Positions 34,669-36,895 of a stretch of DNA of 36,895 nt are shown here, one piece after another (position 1 is the stretch's first letter; each line of letters begins with the position of its first letter). Made by a program: the position numbers and the translations under genes. The notes under the pieces are model-generated. The model was not told where the DNA came from and made no database searches. It saw only the letters and a list, made by a program, of their open reading frames with translations. The DNA comes from Octopus bimaculoides (Eukaryota): positions 47,385,216-47,422,110 of the forward strand of contig NC_068997.1 of the NCBI RefSeq assembly GCF_001194135.2, in the 5' to 3' direction.

Positions 34669-36506
34669 GCCGGATTATTTGACACCCACTATATGCATGT
34701 ATGAGTGATCACCGACACCCTGTCTCTAATTTAGGCGTTTCAACTGCTTAGTTATTCGGAGGTGGGTTTGGTATGTAAAAACAAGATCGAATTCCAACTA
34801 AACTACCGCCCAAGTATAACAAAATTTTCATTCACCCACAACATACTACTGAATGTAATTTTTCAGCATCTTAGGAACCCATTGGAACTAAATAATATTT
34901 CAGTTTGAATCCCAAATGGTTTTGCAAGATTAATGGATATAAAAGTTTCTGAAGGTGAAAAGGAAACATAAATGTATAATATCGCTATATGTCTAAGCCA
35001 TTTGTCTTAATGGTTATCTCTTACATTTATTGTCTAGCTTTCTTAATTTCTCATAAGTTTCTCTTAAATTCACCTTTAAATTATTTGTAAAGTTTCTATA
35101 TCTTATAGTTTGTTGGGTTATAATTATAATAATGGACTTCCTTATAAGGAAATAAACATATATCTTATTTATTTTCCTGTTATCTCGTTAGTTTGCGAGA
35201 CTAGAAAATAGCAACTTTTAATGCTATTTATTTAATTTTGTAAATGTACTTCATACATTTTGTATACGATTTTATAGTCATTAACCTCTAGCAGATAATT
35301 GCTTATGGGTGGCCATCAGCATTGATTTGATTTTGTAGCTCCTAAAAATTCAAGAAACCTAAACCGTTAGCTTTGTGATTCTTTGATTGTTACAAAAGAA
35401 ACATTTTTATAGACGTTGGTTACATTAATAATTGTATCTCATTATAGATGTTTATTTTATTATTGTTATAGTTCGGTGTATAGAGGTTTAATGGTCAAAT
35501 GAGAAATTTAATATTTTATCCATTGAATGTGTTCGTTGTAATTCTGGGGAAATCACACTGCCTCAGTTCAGTAGCTTGTCAGTGGATTGTCTATGCAATT
35601 GATTGTAGAATAAATACTAATTTTCTTTTTCTGTTTTTATTAGAAAGCGTCAGTTTTTCGGTTTTCTCACCAACGTTTAAAACTCTCGTCGATATATATC
35701 ATTCCCGAATATTTGACTGATATTTTACCCTTACAAGGGTAAAAAGCCAAACTAACGTCTCTACCTGTTCGCCTTATGCATACATACATACATACACACA
35801 CACACATATGAGACCAAAATAACAATGAAAAACGTGGACGNNNNNNNNNNAAAAAAAAACAGACATGAATAGACACATTTCATCAGACAACTTCTTATAC
35901 AAAGCCGTTACAATTTCAGTCAACTGAATTAATTGCTCCTAAATTGACGTGTAGGTGGCTCCGAATTTCCACAGGCAAGTGTACCCTTAATATAATTCTC
36001 AGGGAGAATCAGAGTGACGCAGGTAAACGGAAACTAGATAGAAGCCCGTCGGCTGGATTATAAAAAAGTACAGCCTCATCACACATTGTGCCACGCTAAT
36101 TTAGAAGCAATTAATTCAGTTGATCAAACGATTGAATCATCATTGAACGACAAAGATCTGCCTCTACCACACACGCACACGCTACATGCACCACGCACAC
36201 GCGCGCACACAGACACACACACACACACACACACACTCTCTCTCTCTCATACACACACACACAAATATAGGGAACAGCCTTACTTTCAAATGTGCTATAT
36301 TAAAAACAAGACTATTCTAAAGTTTGCTTGTTTTATCAAGGATTTTTCAAATTTCATTATTAGTTCCTTATGTTATCTTTGAAAGAATTATATTCGTAAA
36401 TTTATTTGTCTGACGTTTCAAGATTTTCACGATCTGATTTTCAAAAGTGTCGTTGATGGCCTGTTGTCCGTGTGGTCTGCAGTAAGTTGCAAAGGCGAAT
36501 GATTTA

Positions 36507-36895
36507 TCTATATATATAAAAATGAGAATGTGTGTCTGTCTGTCTGTCTGTGTGTGTGAATCCCTAAAACTCGAGAACTACGCAACCAATTTCATTCAAA
36601 TTTTACACATGCCTTACTTAGGGTTCCAGCTGTGTTTTAGTCAAAAATTTTTTTTAACTTCTCGCAGAGTTCGAGCACACGGCAACATAATATCTCTTCC
36701 ACTATTTAAGTATTACGTGTCAAAAGTGAAACAAAAACACTCATGTCAAATACTTTCACTTTAAAAATGAAACTATTCCACTAACTGAAACATTCACATT
36801 TCGATACTGTAATGACAGATACTTTCACAGAGAGAGAAAGAGAGAGATAGAAAGAGAGAGACAGAAAGAGAGAGAGAGAGAGATGTATATGTATA
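36507..36895 (+). mobile_element. 5' end of a non-autonomous Helitron-like element
   Basis: Starts A|TCTATATATATAAAAATGAGAATG, followed by a (TGTC)n microsatellite and AACTACGCAACCAATTTCATTCAAATTTTACACA. This layout resembles Lep1-like Helitrons. The 3' end is not visible, so the extent is uncertain. Confidence 0.55.

Noticed and set aside
35840-35890. Second CTGATGA hammerhead-like core on the minus strand
   Set aside because: No stem II or GAAA partner is visible, and it is interrupted by a gap.

Overview
This is eukaryotic, AT-rich, repeat-dense genomic DNA from a gapped short-read assembly. The N runs mostly sit at (TA)n, (CA)n or (GA)n microsatellites. The SINE/LINE repertoire and microsatellite load point to a coleoid cephalopod, probably Octopus; this is an inference and no database search was run. 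One host gene is well supported, on the minus strand. It has a phase 1-1 exon encoding a von Willebrand factor A (VWA) domain with an intact MIDAS motif (25330-25881). This splices in frame to a large Thr/Ser/Pro-rich mucin-like exon (22545 to the gap at 21058), which may continue into a poly-Thr block. Its N-terminal exon(s) were not resolved. The rest is mostly transposable elements: many tRNA-derived SINEs of at least three families, decayed RTE LINEs (one with a PHD-like finger), a Dong/R4-type RLE retrotransposon inside an (AAT)n tract, an ORF1-only L1/Tx1-like element, hAT and Tc1/mariner fragments, a hAT MITE with perfect TIRs and TSD, and a Helitron-like 5' end. Most notable are the VWA-mucin gene and its CpG-depleted body, a 52-copy 12-bp array forming an (NGYF)n ORF behind a signal-peptide-like leader, and a Penelope-type minimal hammerhead ribozyme motif. 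Boundaries of decayed repeats are approximate.
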